This document shows positions 51,603 through 60,875 of a DNA stretch of 64,000 nt, piece after piece. Below the pieces are notes generated by a model that was not told the DNA's origin, did no database searches, and saw only the letters and a program-made list of their open reading frames with translations. Position 1 is the first letter of the stretch; the number at the start of each line of letters is the position of its first letter. A program made the translations under genes and the position numbers. Source of the DNA: an uncultured virus (IMG/VR IMGVR_UViG_3300027542_000007) (taxonomy: Duplodnaviria > Heunggongvirae > Uroviricota > Caudoviricetes); IMG/VR virus record IMGVR_UViG_3300027542_000007, positions 1 through 64,000 of that record; one strand, 5' to 3'.

Positions 51603-51728
51603 ATAGTATCTCTCCTTTATTGTATTAATATAAAGTTTCGCATCATGTTCTTTTTTATAATATATAATAGAAACAAAAATTTGGGCATGGGAACTCTATC
51701 CCATGCCCTATGCTGCTTATTATACTTA

Positions 51729-52184
51729 TCAATCTTTTGAAACCCTTTCTTCTCCGCCGGCTCTCATGAAAGATTTCGGAAGTCTTGAATTTTTGATGAA
51801 ATCTTTCTGAGCCTGCACTGCGAGGCGGCTTCCCTTGCTACTGTACTTGTGAACGATCTTTGCAATGAGCTCTCTTTCTTTGATTCTATTCTTTGCCAGC
51901 TGATCCCATAATGGGTCATTGTTTTCTCTAGCGAGATCAAGACACATCTTCTTTGTACGTCTACTCAAATCATCCTTCTTGGACAAACGCATGATTGTCT
52001 TCTTGGACAGCTTTCCTTCGCTTACCAGCTCTTCTCCAATTCCTCCCGGAGCACAAAACTCTTTGATCTGCTCATCTGTCCAGCTCATCGCCTCCATCAT
52101 AAGAGAAGATTCAAATATCTTATTAGGATTCTTAAATACATCTGAAATGGTTTCTGCAATTGAACCTGTGATAAAAATACCCAT
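51729..52184 (-). CDS. Hypothetical protein (late promoter)
   Basis: AAGGAG RBS, 151 aa. Confidence 0.75.
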   Translation of the reverse strand: MGIFITGSIAETISDVFKNPNKIFESSLMMEAMSWTDEQIKEFCAPGGIGEELVSEGKLSKKTIMRLSKKDDLSRRTKKMCLDLARENNDPLWDQLAKNRIKERELIAKIVHKYSSKGSRLAVQAQKDFIKNSRLPKSFMRAGGEERVSKD

Positions 52185-52455
52185 TTATAATTTCCTCCTT
52201 ATTCTTTTAATTATGTAAAGGACTACAACCCATATACATTACCAATATGTTTCTTATATATGCGTATATAAGAAAATTACATTTTCCAGAACTTTGAATT
52301 AAATAATATATTATTATATTGGAGGAGAAAACATGAGTGATCGAATTACTAATTTTATAACGACTGTTATATTTCATATCATTGTAGGATTGTTCGGACA
52401 ATTAGGAGCAGCATTTATTCTTATTAGAACTGTAAAACACATGGAGGATTAAATT

Positions 52456-54618
52456 ATGGTAACTGCAGTAAAAGAAGAATTAGAGAAAAATCAATGGATC
52501 CAATCTAGATATAAAATAGCACTTAAGAGAATGATAAAATTGAATTTTCCAGATTTAACTAATTATGATATTGACAAAGCATTAGACTACAGTATAGAGA
52601 AAAGGTACAAAGCAGAGCCTGCTACCATCTATAATAACTATTCAGAGAAAACCGTAGATATGCTTTTATCTGAATTGACAGATTACATTTATCAAAAGCA
52701 ACCTATCATAACAGCTTGGGGAGTTATGTTTAAACGTCATGATTCCGGGGTGCTTAATCCATTAACCAAACTGATATACATGTTTATGACTAATAGAGAT
52801 AAGTTTAAACAAATTAGAAATACCTTTATTAAGGGTTCGGAAGATTTTGAAAATTATGATCTGTTGCAAGTGCTGGCCAAGGTTGATACTAATGCTATTT
52901 ATGGTGCGCTAGGAAGTGTTGCTTGTGTATTATATAATCTTCACGTTGCTGCTAGTATAACTTTCCAAGGAAGATCTTATATATCTTCAGCAATTATGTT
53001 TTTTGAAGCCTTTCTGTCGAATAACGTAAAGTTTGCTTCTCTTGAAGAGATAATTACATTTATAGATAATGTCAGAACAGAAAGGGGTAATAGGCACTAT
53101 GACGACAAAGATATTCTTGATAGAGATATAGGAATATATGAAGTATTAAATAAGATAATACTTACATGTGGAGATTTCAGAAGAGGGAAAATTAAATGGA
53201 TTCCATCACAGAGAGATTTAGACATAGTATTTGAGCAACTTTCAAATTGTTCTCAAGAAGATCTTAATAGGATTTATTATAAGAATAACCTGTATGCATT
53301 CTTGGATAATAAAGTAATGAGTAAAGCGTTAATTTATCTTCTCAAGACAATGAAAGTTCCGTATCTTGACCCGAATAAAGTACCAGAAGAGATATCAGTA
53401 GAAATGGATACATTCTGCGATCTTTTAAGAGAATACGTGTTCTATAATTATCAAATTCTTGATAGGATAGATAGAAATACGCATATGATAAAGAACGTAT
53501 CTCTCATATCAGATACAGATTCTACAATAGTTTGTTTCGATAGGTTCTATAAGTACACTCTAGACAAGGTAAAAGACATACCAATGGAAATTAAGAAAGT
53601 CTTTGTAAAAGGTATGGAATATGTAGAAAATGATTGGCAGGGGAATCCAGAACTAATAAGAGGAATGGTATATGAAGACCCAGATTACGATTATAATTTT
53701 CAAGACCAGTCTGTAATAGAAGTAGAAAGAATGATAAATCCAATGGTTGTTATACCGCAGGATAATCTTAGATATTCTATAATTAATATTATAGGGCATT
53801 GTTGTGGAATTTTATGTAATGAATATATTGAAGGACATACAAAGATGGGCAATTCCTATGATCCTACAAGGAAAACTCTTATGTTTATCAAGAATGAGTT
53901 TACTTTTAGGAGAGTATTGATGACCTTAGTTAAGAAAGCATATGCAGCTAAAGTAGAGGTACAAGAAGGCAATATGGTTCCAGAGTCTGAATCCTGTGCT
54001 ATAACCGGATTAACAATGAAAAAAAATGTATATGCACCAGAGACAAGATCAGAACTGCAAAGAATACTATATGAAGATATTCTTAAACCAGAAACAATAG
54101 ATCAAGTAAAAGTAATTAAAGACCTAGCTATATTTGAATCAAAGATTTTTGAATCTTTGAGAAATGGAGAAAAGACATTTTATAAACCGGTAAGTTTTAA
54201 AGCAATGAATAAATATGACGACCCACTCAAAATACAAGGAATCAAGGCATCGTTGATATGGAATGAAGTTAAAGACCCAGAACTTGAGGCTATTGATCTA
54301 ACAGCTAAAAACAATTTGGATGTGGTAAAGGTAATCATTAATCCAACCACTGTAGAAACTATTAGAGATGATTTTCCGGAAGAATACGAAAGATTAAAAA
54401 CAATTATTGAAGGGAATTCAGATTTATCTAAAGTACTCAAAGGTAAAATAGATACTATAGCTGTTCCCAGAAATGTAGCAACTCCGGTTTGGATAACAAG
54501 GCTTATAGACTATGTAGATATAGCAAATTACAACCTTAAGAATTTCCCGGTAGAATCAGTAGGAATAATGAGGATGGGAAAGGATAATGTGAATTATAGC
54601 AATATCCTCAAGCTATAA
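52456..54618 (+). CDS. Family B DNA polymerase, C-terminal subunit (motifs B and C)
   Basis: Q.LAKVDTNAIYG, ITFQGR, SDTDS, KNEF..KKAY. Confidence 0.88.
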   Translation: MVTAVKEELEKNQWIQSRYKIALKRMIKLNFPDLTNYDIDKALDYSIEKRYKAEPATIYNNYSEKTVDMLLSELTDYIYQKQPIITAWGVMFKRHDSGVLNPLTKLIYMFMTNRDKFKQIRNTFIKGSEDFENYDLLQVLAKVDTNAIYGALGSVACVLYNLHVAASITFQGRSYISSAIMFFEAFLSNNVKFASLEEIITFIDNVRTERGNRHYDDKDILDRDIGIYEVLNKIILTCGDFRRGKIKWIPSQRDLDIVFEQLSNCSQEDLNRIYYKNNLYAFLDNKVMSKALIYLLKTMKVPYLDPNKVPEEISVEMDTFCDLLREYVFYNYQILDRIDRNTHMIKNVSLISDTDSTIVCFDRFYKYTLDKVKDIPMEIKKVFVKGMEYVENDWQGNPELIRGMVYEDPDYDYNFQDQSVIEVERMINPMVVIPQDNLRYSIINIIGHCCGILCNEYIEGHTKMGNSYDPTRKTLMFIKNEFTFRRVLMTLVKKAYAAKVEVQEGNMVPESESCAITGLTMKKNVYAPETRSELQRILYEDILKPETIDQVKVIKDLAIFESKIFESLRNGEKTFYKPVSFKAMNKYDDPLKIQGIKASLIWNEVKDPELEAIDLTAKNNLDVVKVIINPTTVETIRDDFPEEYERLKTIIEGNSDLSKVLKGKIDTIAVPRNVATPVWITRLIDYVDIANYNLKNFPVESVGIMRMGKDNVNYSNILKL

Positions 54619-54635
54619 AAATAATGGAGTACGGG

Positions 54636-54872
54636 TTATCGCTGTACTCCAAACTTTTTCTCGTATATATTGATTCCTATTCTTGTAAAAATATTGTAGA
54701 TTATTTTTATTAAGATGAAACAAACAAAAAAGAAAGATACTATATTATCATCAATAACGAGATGAAATAGTATCTTCATAAATAAATAAGCTAAAGGGAT
54801 AGATAATACCATTGCAATACTTAATGCTATATCTGGTATTACCTTTTTGTAGTTAAAATGTATTTTATTCAT
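54636..54872 (-). CDS. Small membrane protein
   Basis: Two hydrophobic helices; AAGGAGG upstream. Confidence 0.6.
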   Translation of the reverse strand: MNKIHFNYKKVIPDIALSIAMVLSIPLAYLFMKILFHLVIDDNIVSFFFVCFILIKIIYNIFTRIGINIYEKKFGVQR

Positions 54873-54954
54873 ACCGCAATGACCTCCTTTCTCTATATTT
54901 ATTATTATAATGTACGAGAAACATCTTGATAATCAAAATCAAAGGAGAAAAATT

Positions 54955-55512
54955 ATGGGAGATATTTATATTAAAACTGATGGAAATAGAAGAGTTACTG
55001 CTATTCATTATAATCCATTTGATCCAGTTCAAGGAACTGGAGAAACAAGAGAAGAGATGGAGAAGACCGGTTTTTTCGTAGATGAAGTTCCAGAGCCAAA
55101 TAATATTACTGGTAGAAGGGCTATAGCTATGTATAATCCAGATACTAGAAAAATTTATTATGAATATGTCGGCATTCCGTTATCTGATAAAGAGAGATTG
55201 GATTTGATAGAGAACACTATGAACGAGATTCTTGTAGGAGTTTCTAATATTATTGGAATTGGAGTTGCGTTAGAGCCAGCAAAGTTAATATCGTTGGATG
55301 GGGAGACGGAGAGTTTAAGCGTCGGAGAAGCAGGGGAACAAGCCAATATTGAGTTTTCTGATGAACAATTGGAATCCTTAAAGAATACTGCTAAATATAT
55401 AGCTCATCAAATTATTTCTGGAAATATGGAATTGGAATTTGCATATAAAAACTTCCCAAATATTGCTGGTATAATTAAAGATGAGTTACAGGCAAATGGA
55501 ATTCAGGGTTAG
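54955..55512 (+). CDS. Hypothetical protein (late promoter)
   Basis: AAGGAG RBS before ATG 54955. Confidence 0.7.
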   Translation: MGDIYIKTDGNRRVTAIHYNPFDPVQGTGETREEMEKTGFFVDEVPEPNNITGRRAIAMYNPDTRKIYYEYVGIPLSDKERLDLIENTMNEILVGVSNIIGIGVALEPAKLISLDGETESLSVGEAGEQANIEFSDEQLESLKNTAKYIAHQIISGNMELEFAYKNFPNIAGIIKDELQANGIQG

Positions 55513-55571
55513 ATGTGTTGAGGTGGTGCATACGTGCCACCTCTATTATTTTTCGATTAAAGGGTGATTAT

Positions 55572-57191
55572 ATGAAAGTAGACGTTTTTAATACTTCTAT
55601 TGTAATTAGTGATTACGAGTGGGACAGTTGTCTAACACTTCAAAATAATTTTAAAATAAGAATACCAGTTACTGTAAGTTATACGACATATGGGTATTTT
55701 GGTATTTATTATGATAAGGAAAACAAAAAGCTTTACCTTCCAAGAGGGATAGATATATGGTATCTTGAGTCTATATTAAATACTACAGCAATTATTCATA
55801 AGAATGAAGCATATAAATATGATAGATATAACGATTTTAGAGTAAAGAAAATGCCAAGAGACGAAGTACAGGAACAAGCTCTGAGATTTATGGTTGGAAG
55901 GGGAGAATACAGGTCTACAGCAACAAAAAGCCAGTTATCATTAAATCTTAACACAGGGAAGGGTAAAACGTATGTTGCTATATCTACAATAGCAATATTG
56001 CGTATGAAGGCTTTGATAATTATGTACTCCACAAATTTAATTGAACAGTGGAAAGAGGAAATCTTAAATATAACCAATTTGACAAATAAACAGGTCAAGA
56101 TTGTATCTGGTTCTATTAATATTAAAAGGCTGTTGAGCAAAGATTCAGATGATGGTGTTATATATCTAATCACGCACGGAACGTTGGAAAGTTATGCCAA
56201 GACAAACGGATGGGAAGCCGTTGGAGAATTTGTTAAGCATTTAAAGGTAGGCATCAAGATATTCGATGAAGCACATCAAAATTTTGAAAATCTGTTAATG
56301 ATAGATTTCTTTACCAATGTGTATAAAAATTACTATCTTACTGCTACAGCTTTACGTTCGTCTACAGATGAAGATAAGATTTATCAATTAAGCTTTAAGA
56401 ATGTTCCACAAATAGATTTATTTGATGAAGAGACTGATCCACATACTAGATACACTGCTATTAAATTTTCATCTAATCCATCTGCTATAGAGATGTCTAG
56501 CTGTAAAAATCAATATGGTTTAGATAGAAATAAGTATGTAGATTATCTGGTTTCTAAGCCTAAGTTTTATAGCATATTAAGAATAATGATGGATATAGCT
56601 ATCAAAAGAACAAATAATGGTGGCAAGTGTTTAATGTATATAGGCACCAATGCAGCTATACAAAAAGTATATGAATGGATGGTGCATAATTATTCATGGT
56701 TAGAAAACGATATTGGTATTCTAAGCACGTTGGTATCAAGTGAGGAACGAAAAAGAAACACAGAGAAAAGAATCATGCTGTCCACAACCAAATCAGCGGG
56801 TACTGGAATAGATATTAAAGGGTTAGTATTAACCATACTTTTAGCTGAGCCATTCAAGTCCGGAGTATTAGCTAGACAAACTCTTGGGAGAACCAGAGAT
56901 TCCGATACAGAATATATAGAACTAGTCGATACATCATTTCCGCAATGTAGAAAATATTATGGATTCAAGAAACCTATATTCTTAAAATATGCTACTGATT
57001 GTAGAGAAATGATAATGACTGATGATTTTATTGACTGTAAATTATTAGATTTATACGCTGGGTCTATACGTGAATTCATAGAACGTAATTATTATAATTG
57101 GAATGTACCTGGAATGGTATATAATTGTGGTTTAACTCCCGGGATGATTTATGACTATGGACTAACTCGGGGGATGGTTTATGATGAATAG
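55572..57191 (+). CDS. Superfamily 2 helicase
   Basis: NTGKGKT, FDEAH, LTAT, GTGIDI, QTLGRTR. Confidence 0.9.
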   Translation: MKVDVFNTSIVISDYEWDSCLTLQNNFKIRIPVTVSYTTYGYFGIYYDKENKKLYLPRGIDIWYLESILNTTAIIHKNEAYKYDRYNDFRVKKMPRDEVQEQALRFMVGRGEYRSTATKSQLSLNLNTGKGKTYVAISTIAILRMKALIIMYSTNLIEQWKEEILNITNLTNKQVKIVSGSINIKRLLSKDSDDGVIYLITHGTLESYAKTNGWEAVGEFVKHLKVGIKIFDEAHQNFENLLMIDFFTNVYKNYYLTATALRSSTDEDKIYQLSFKNVPQIDLFDEETDPHTRYTAIKFSSNPSAIEMSSCKNQYGLDRNKYVDYLVSKPKFYSILRIMMDIAIKRTNNGGKCLMYIGTNAAIQKVYEWMVHNYSWLENDIGILSTLVSSEERKRNTEKRIMLSTTKSAGTGIDIKGLVLTILLAEPFKSGVLARQTLGRTRDSDTEYIELVDTSFPQCRKYYGFKKPIFLKYATDCREMIMTDDFIDCKLLDLYAGSIREFIERNYYNWNVPGMVYNCGLTPGMIYDYGLTRGMVYDE

Positions 57192-57242
57192 TTATATATT
57201 ATATTCATGAATACAAAAATATAATAAGGAGGTCGTCTGGTT

Positions 57243-57959
57243 ATGGAACAGGGAATGACATACCTTGATTATGATAAGATATCCGACGACCTCTGTTGGC
57301 TTGGAAAAAGTATTGTAGTTAGAATGGTTGTCGGTTTATCAAATAAATATAATAATGAAAGAAAGCATTTTCATAAAGAATATGGCTATGAAAGCAACTT
57401 TGGCACTTTATATACAATAAGAAGATCTTTTAATTATTATATTTCTATTGACCATCTTCATAATAAGGAAAGTGTTATAATATCAATAAAGGATATTCTA
57501 TTATTAAGGATGAAGATAAATGAAGCGTTCAGATGGTTTAGTGATGGAACGTTTGCTATTAAAAAAGATAATCTTATAATTACAGACAGAAAGAAATGCA
57601 TAATAGATGGGTTGACATGTAAAAAAGAAATGATGCTCGAACCCATTATAATTGAAGACGAGCAGAAAGTTCAGTCACAAGGTATAAGAATGACATTAGT
57701 AAATACTGAGACATATAGTGATATTCATATTAATGCATTTGCTGGATTTGTTTATCTGATGAACCAAATAGATATGTATGCGGCTGCGCAAAATTTAATT
57801 AATTACGTTGGTCGCCCAGAATTTGGAACAAATCTATATACTTTTGAAAATCCTAATTATGGTTTAAACCAACCGCAACCTGAAAACAATATTAAAATTA
57901 GAGAACTACCAAAGAAAGATTCTAATAAGTCATTTTTTGATAGATTAGACGATATGTAG
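57243..57959 (+). CDS. Hypothetical protein (early promoter, N-terminal GMTY, acidic C-terminus)
   Basis: AAGGAGG RBS, 238 aa. Confidence 0.8.
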   Translation: MEQGMTYLDYDKISDDLCWLGKSIVVRMVVGLSNKYNNERKHFHKEYGYESNFGTLYTIRRSFNYYISIDHLHNKESVIISIKDILLLRMKINEAFRWFSDGTFAIKKDNLIITDRKKCIIDGLTCKKEMMLEPIIIEDEQKVQSQGIRMTLVNTETYSDIHINAFAGFVYLMNQIDMYAAAQNLINYVGRPEFGTNLYTFENPNYGLNQPQPENNIKIRELPKKDSNKSFFDRLDDM

Positions 57960-57974
57960 AAGGGAGGTAATTCT

Positions 57975-58313
57975 ATGGACAACGGTTATATAGTTGCTAA
58001 ACTACAAGAATACTTTATTAGATATAATCATAATCATGAAACAGTATCACCAATTGGAAATTTACAGGTGAAATCGCATATAACACAGGAAGGAATCAAT
58101 GTGGATATAATATCTGTTGGAAATGATAGCGCATTTGCTGTATTTGTATATGGTGATGAGGATTATGGATGTGCTACAATTAAAGCCAATGGCCATCCAA
58201 TACATACAGATTTTGTACAATTTGTACAAAAACCAGATTTCATCACCGATTCCACATTAGGATTATATAATTATATTTCTACCATTATTACTACAATGAA
58301 AGAGAGGGATTAA
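57975..58313 (+). CDS. Hypothetical protein
   Basis: GGAGG RBS. Confidence 0.7.
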   Translation: MDNGYIVAKLQEYFIRYNHNHETVSPIGNLQVKSHITQEGINVDIISVGNDSAFAVFVYGDEDYGCATIKANGHPIHTDFVQFVQKPDFITDSTLGLYNYISTIITTMKERD

Positions 58314-58315
58314 AA

Positions 58316-58660
58316 ATGAATTTAACACAAGACAAAATAGCTATTGTAAATAATATAACTGATAGAAAATCAGAAGTAATAGCTAAACAATTAGAAGCCA
58401 CATACGGAATGACTTTCAAGGTATTAGAAAATGATAAGTTTCAATACGTTCATTCACTTAAGGGTGAAAGAAATTCTGGTATTTTGAAATCCGATTATCC
58501 GCAAAACTATATAAATGCAGTTGTGATGGAATCTATGAAAATGGAATGTGATGGAGTAGTTATTAATACTAAGGATACCGGCATTCTTGATGAAATAACT
58601 AAAAGAACCCAAACTCCAATTGCAATGTTTACAGAGCGTCATTCTATGTTTGGAGCATAA
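58316..58660 (+). CDS. Hypothetical protein
   Basis: Operonic ORF. Confidence 0.7.
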   Translation: MNLTQDKIAIVNNITDRKSEVIAKQLEATYGMTFKVLENDKFQYVHSLKGERNSGILKSDYPQNYINAVVMESMKMECDGVVINTKDTGILDEITKRTQTPIAMFTERHSMFGA

Positions 58661-58675
58661 GGAGGGTACAAGATT

Positions 58676-59062
58676 ATGAAGAAAATACTTATAAACAAAT
58701 CTTGTTATGCATCTACTAAATTGAGAGATATGATCATTGATATATTTAAAGCAAACTCCGCTGAAATTATAAATATAACAATAGTACCAAGTAGTTTGTA
58801 CAAAGAGACGGATAGTGAAGATTATATAGATGCCATTCGAGCAGCGATGTCAAAAGAAAGAGATGATATTATTATAGTAGATGGTATTGATGAAAATGAC
58901 ATTACAACAAGTTTTCCAGATTTCTCTAGAAATAATATTATGAAGTTTGAGAATAACGAACTGTTAATACAGTTTAAAGTGTCAAACAGTGAATTCATCA
59001 ATGATCCAAAAATAAATGAATTAGCAGAAAATTTAAAATCTCAAATGCATTTTAGTTTGTGA
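58676..59062 (+). CDS. Hypothetical protein
   Basis: AAGGAGG RBS. Confidence 0.7.
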   Translation: MKKILINKSCYASTKLRDMIIDIFKANSAEIINITIVPSSLYKETDSEDYIDAIRAAMSKERDDIIIVDGIDENDITTSFPDFSRNNIMKFENNELLIQFKVSNSEFINDPKINELAENLKSQMHFSL

Positions 59063-59132
59063 AATCATATCATTACGCTTAAAACAAATGTGGAGTAGGG
59101 AAATCCCTACTCCACCTCATTTATTTTTTGTC

Positions 59133-59900
59133 TTATACTGTAAATATCATAGGTTGGTTCTTATTAGCAGCAGAAACATATCCTTCTTTTATTTGTTGTA
59201 TAACTTCATCTCGTTTTCCGGCTTCTGCCTCTAAGTCTTGAAGTTTAAGATCTATAGTGGTATATACAGTTTGAAGCTGATCGTAATACTTTAAGAATCG
59301 GTATAAGAAGGTTGCTACATCTGCTTGTGCCAATGCTTCGAACGTTTCCATTTGCGTTGGAGATATTGTAGTTAGATTCTTGTTATGCTCTAAGAATATC
59401 CCTATATGGAATTTTCTCATATTCAATCCCAAATCACGACTAGTGGTACTTACTAGCCTTATACGATTTGGAGGATCAAATTCTGGGTATATTCCATTGT
59501 TAAACAGAGACATGTGATCTGCTCTCATTTGCAATAGAGCCACGTCGTCCATTCCATAGTTCATTCCTAAAAAATCATAAATACCATATCCAGAATTTTG
59601 CTGAATAGACAAAGAATCCACAGCAAAATCTTCCCAGCTTAAATCTCTAATGCCTAAAACTTTAGCGTCCCCAAGATAATCCTCATCTATATAGTACCAC
59701 CCATCAACTCTATCATCTGGTCCAAATTCATAATTAAATAAGTATGGGAAATATCTAGAGAATGTAACAAGTGTATCATTTTCTATTACATTAGCCCATT
59801 TATTTTTTTTCACTTCATCTGGTAAATTCAAGGGTTTAGTGCCTAGTCTTATCTCAAGTTTGTCTAATAACTTAGACATATTATTTGCATATCCTGCCAT
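59133..59900 (-). CDS. Putative virion neck/head-completion protein
   Basis: Downstream of prohead protease; function inferred from context only. Confidence 0.45.
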   Translation of the reverse strand: MAGYANNMSKLLDKLEIRLGTKPLNLPDEVKKNKWANVIENDTLVTFSRYFPYLFNYEFGPDDRVDGWYYIDEDYLGDAKVLGIRDLSWEDFAVDSLSIQQNSGYGIYDFLGMNYGMDDVALLQMRADHMSLFNNGIYPEFDPPNRIRLVSTTSRDLGLNMRKFHIGIFLEHNKNLTTISPTQMETFEALAQADVATFLYRFLKYYDQLQTVYTTIDLKLQDLEAEAGKRDEVIQQIKEGYVSAANKNQPMIFTV

Positions 59901-59912
59901 ATAATATCACCT

Positions 59913-60761
59913 CTATTTGATAAGTTTAAGGGCATCATTCATTATCTCATCATGAATATAACTTTCAAGATTTGCTACAAAGATACCTCCAACTTTATCT
60001 GTGAGCTTAACTTGTGTTCCTCCGTTAATAAGTTCGATATTATCATAAAGAAGATCATAAGATTCTTTAATAGTCTTAAAGTTTGCTGACTCTTCTTTTA
60101 TGTAATTTAATACCGAAGTATTAGTAATCGGAATTATCATACCTGCGTCGTTCTCTTGTACGACTAATTGATTTCCGTTTCCATCTACTATAGAACCAGC
60201 AGCAGACTCAGAAACGATTCCAGTACCATATGCTCTCGGGTGAGACGGATAAATAACTCTATCCCATGTAATTACTTTAATACCTTTAACTTCTGCTCCT
60301 CTAGAGGTATTCTGTATAGTACCTAATGCTCTTAACGACCATGATGGAATAAACCCGTCTCTGAGATCTTTATCAAACTCATCTCCAAATGCATTGTTTG
60401 TACCACGATACCAGGCCTTAATAAAGTTTCCATCCGTCCAAAGCTTAAGGAAAATAGCAGTAGCCATAGCTGGATCTATTGTTTGTTGTCTGATAAGCTC
60501 TTTAGACAGCGGATGACCGTTTTCTGCACGAAGATTTCCAGTGGTTAAAAGTTCCAAGGTTCTAGGAGCAGATACTTGCGGGAATAAATCCCTAGAATCA
60601 TAGTATCTTCCATTACGATTTTTCTCATTTGCTTCTTGAAGATTTCCTTCTCCTATTAGCTTTCCGCTACTATCTCTTTTTACTATTTTAGCAGGTTCTG
60701 GATTTATGATAGTCTGCGTTTCTATAATAACGTATCCGATATTTGAGTTCGGCTGAATCAT
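59913..60761 (-). CDS. Prohead core protease (T4 gp21-like)
   Basis: NRNGRYY, ENGHP, SLRALG, TWDRVIYPSHPRAY. Confidence 0.88.
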   Translation of the reverse strand: MIQPNSNIGYVIIETQTIINPEPAKIVKRDSSGKLIGEGNLQEANEKNRNGRYYDSRDLFPQVSAPRTLELLTTGNLRAENGHPLSKELIRQQTIDPAMATAIFLKLWTDGNFIKAWYRGTNNAFGDEFDKDLRDGFIPSWSLRALGTIQNTSRGAEVKGIKVITWDRVIYPSHPRAYGTGIVSESAAGSIVDGNGNQLVVQENDAGMIIPITNTSVLNYIKEESANFKTIKESYDLLYDNIELINGGTQVKLTDKVGGIFVANLESYIHDEIMNDALKLIK

Positions 60762-60875
60762 TTTATTTATCCTCCTTTATACGGTAATCATATTACTATT
60801 GATGTTCAATTTGGCCAATTTTGATAGGTTTAACAATATATTAATCATTAAATCTTTATATTAGGAGGGCTGAGT

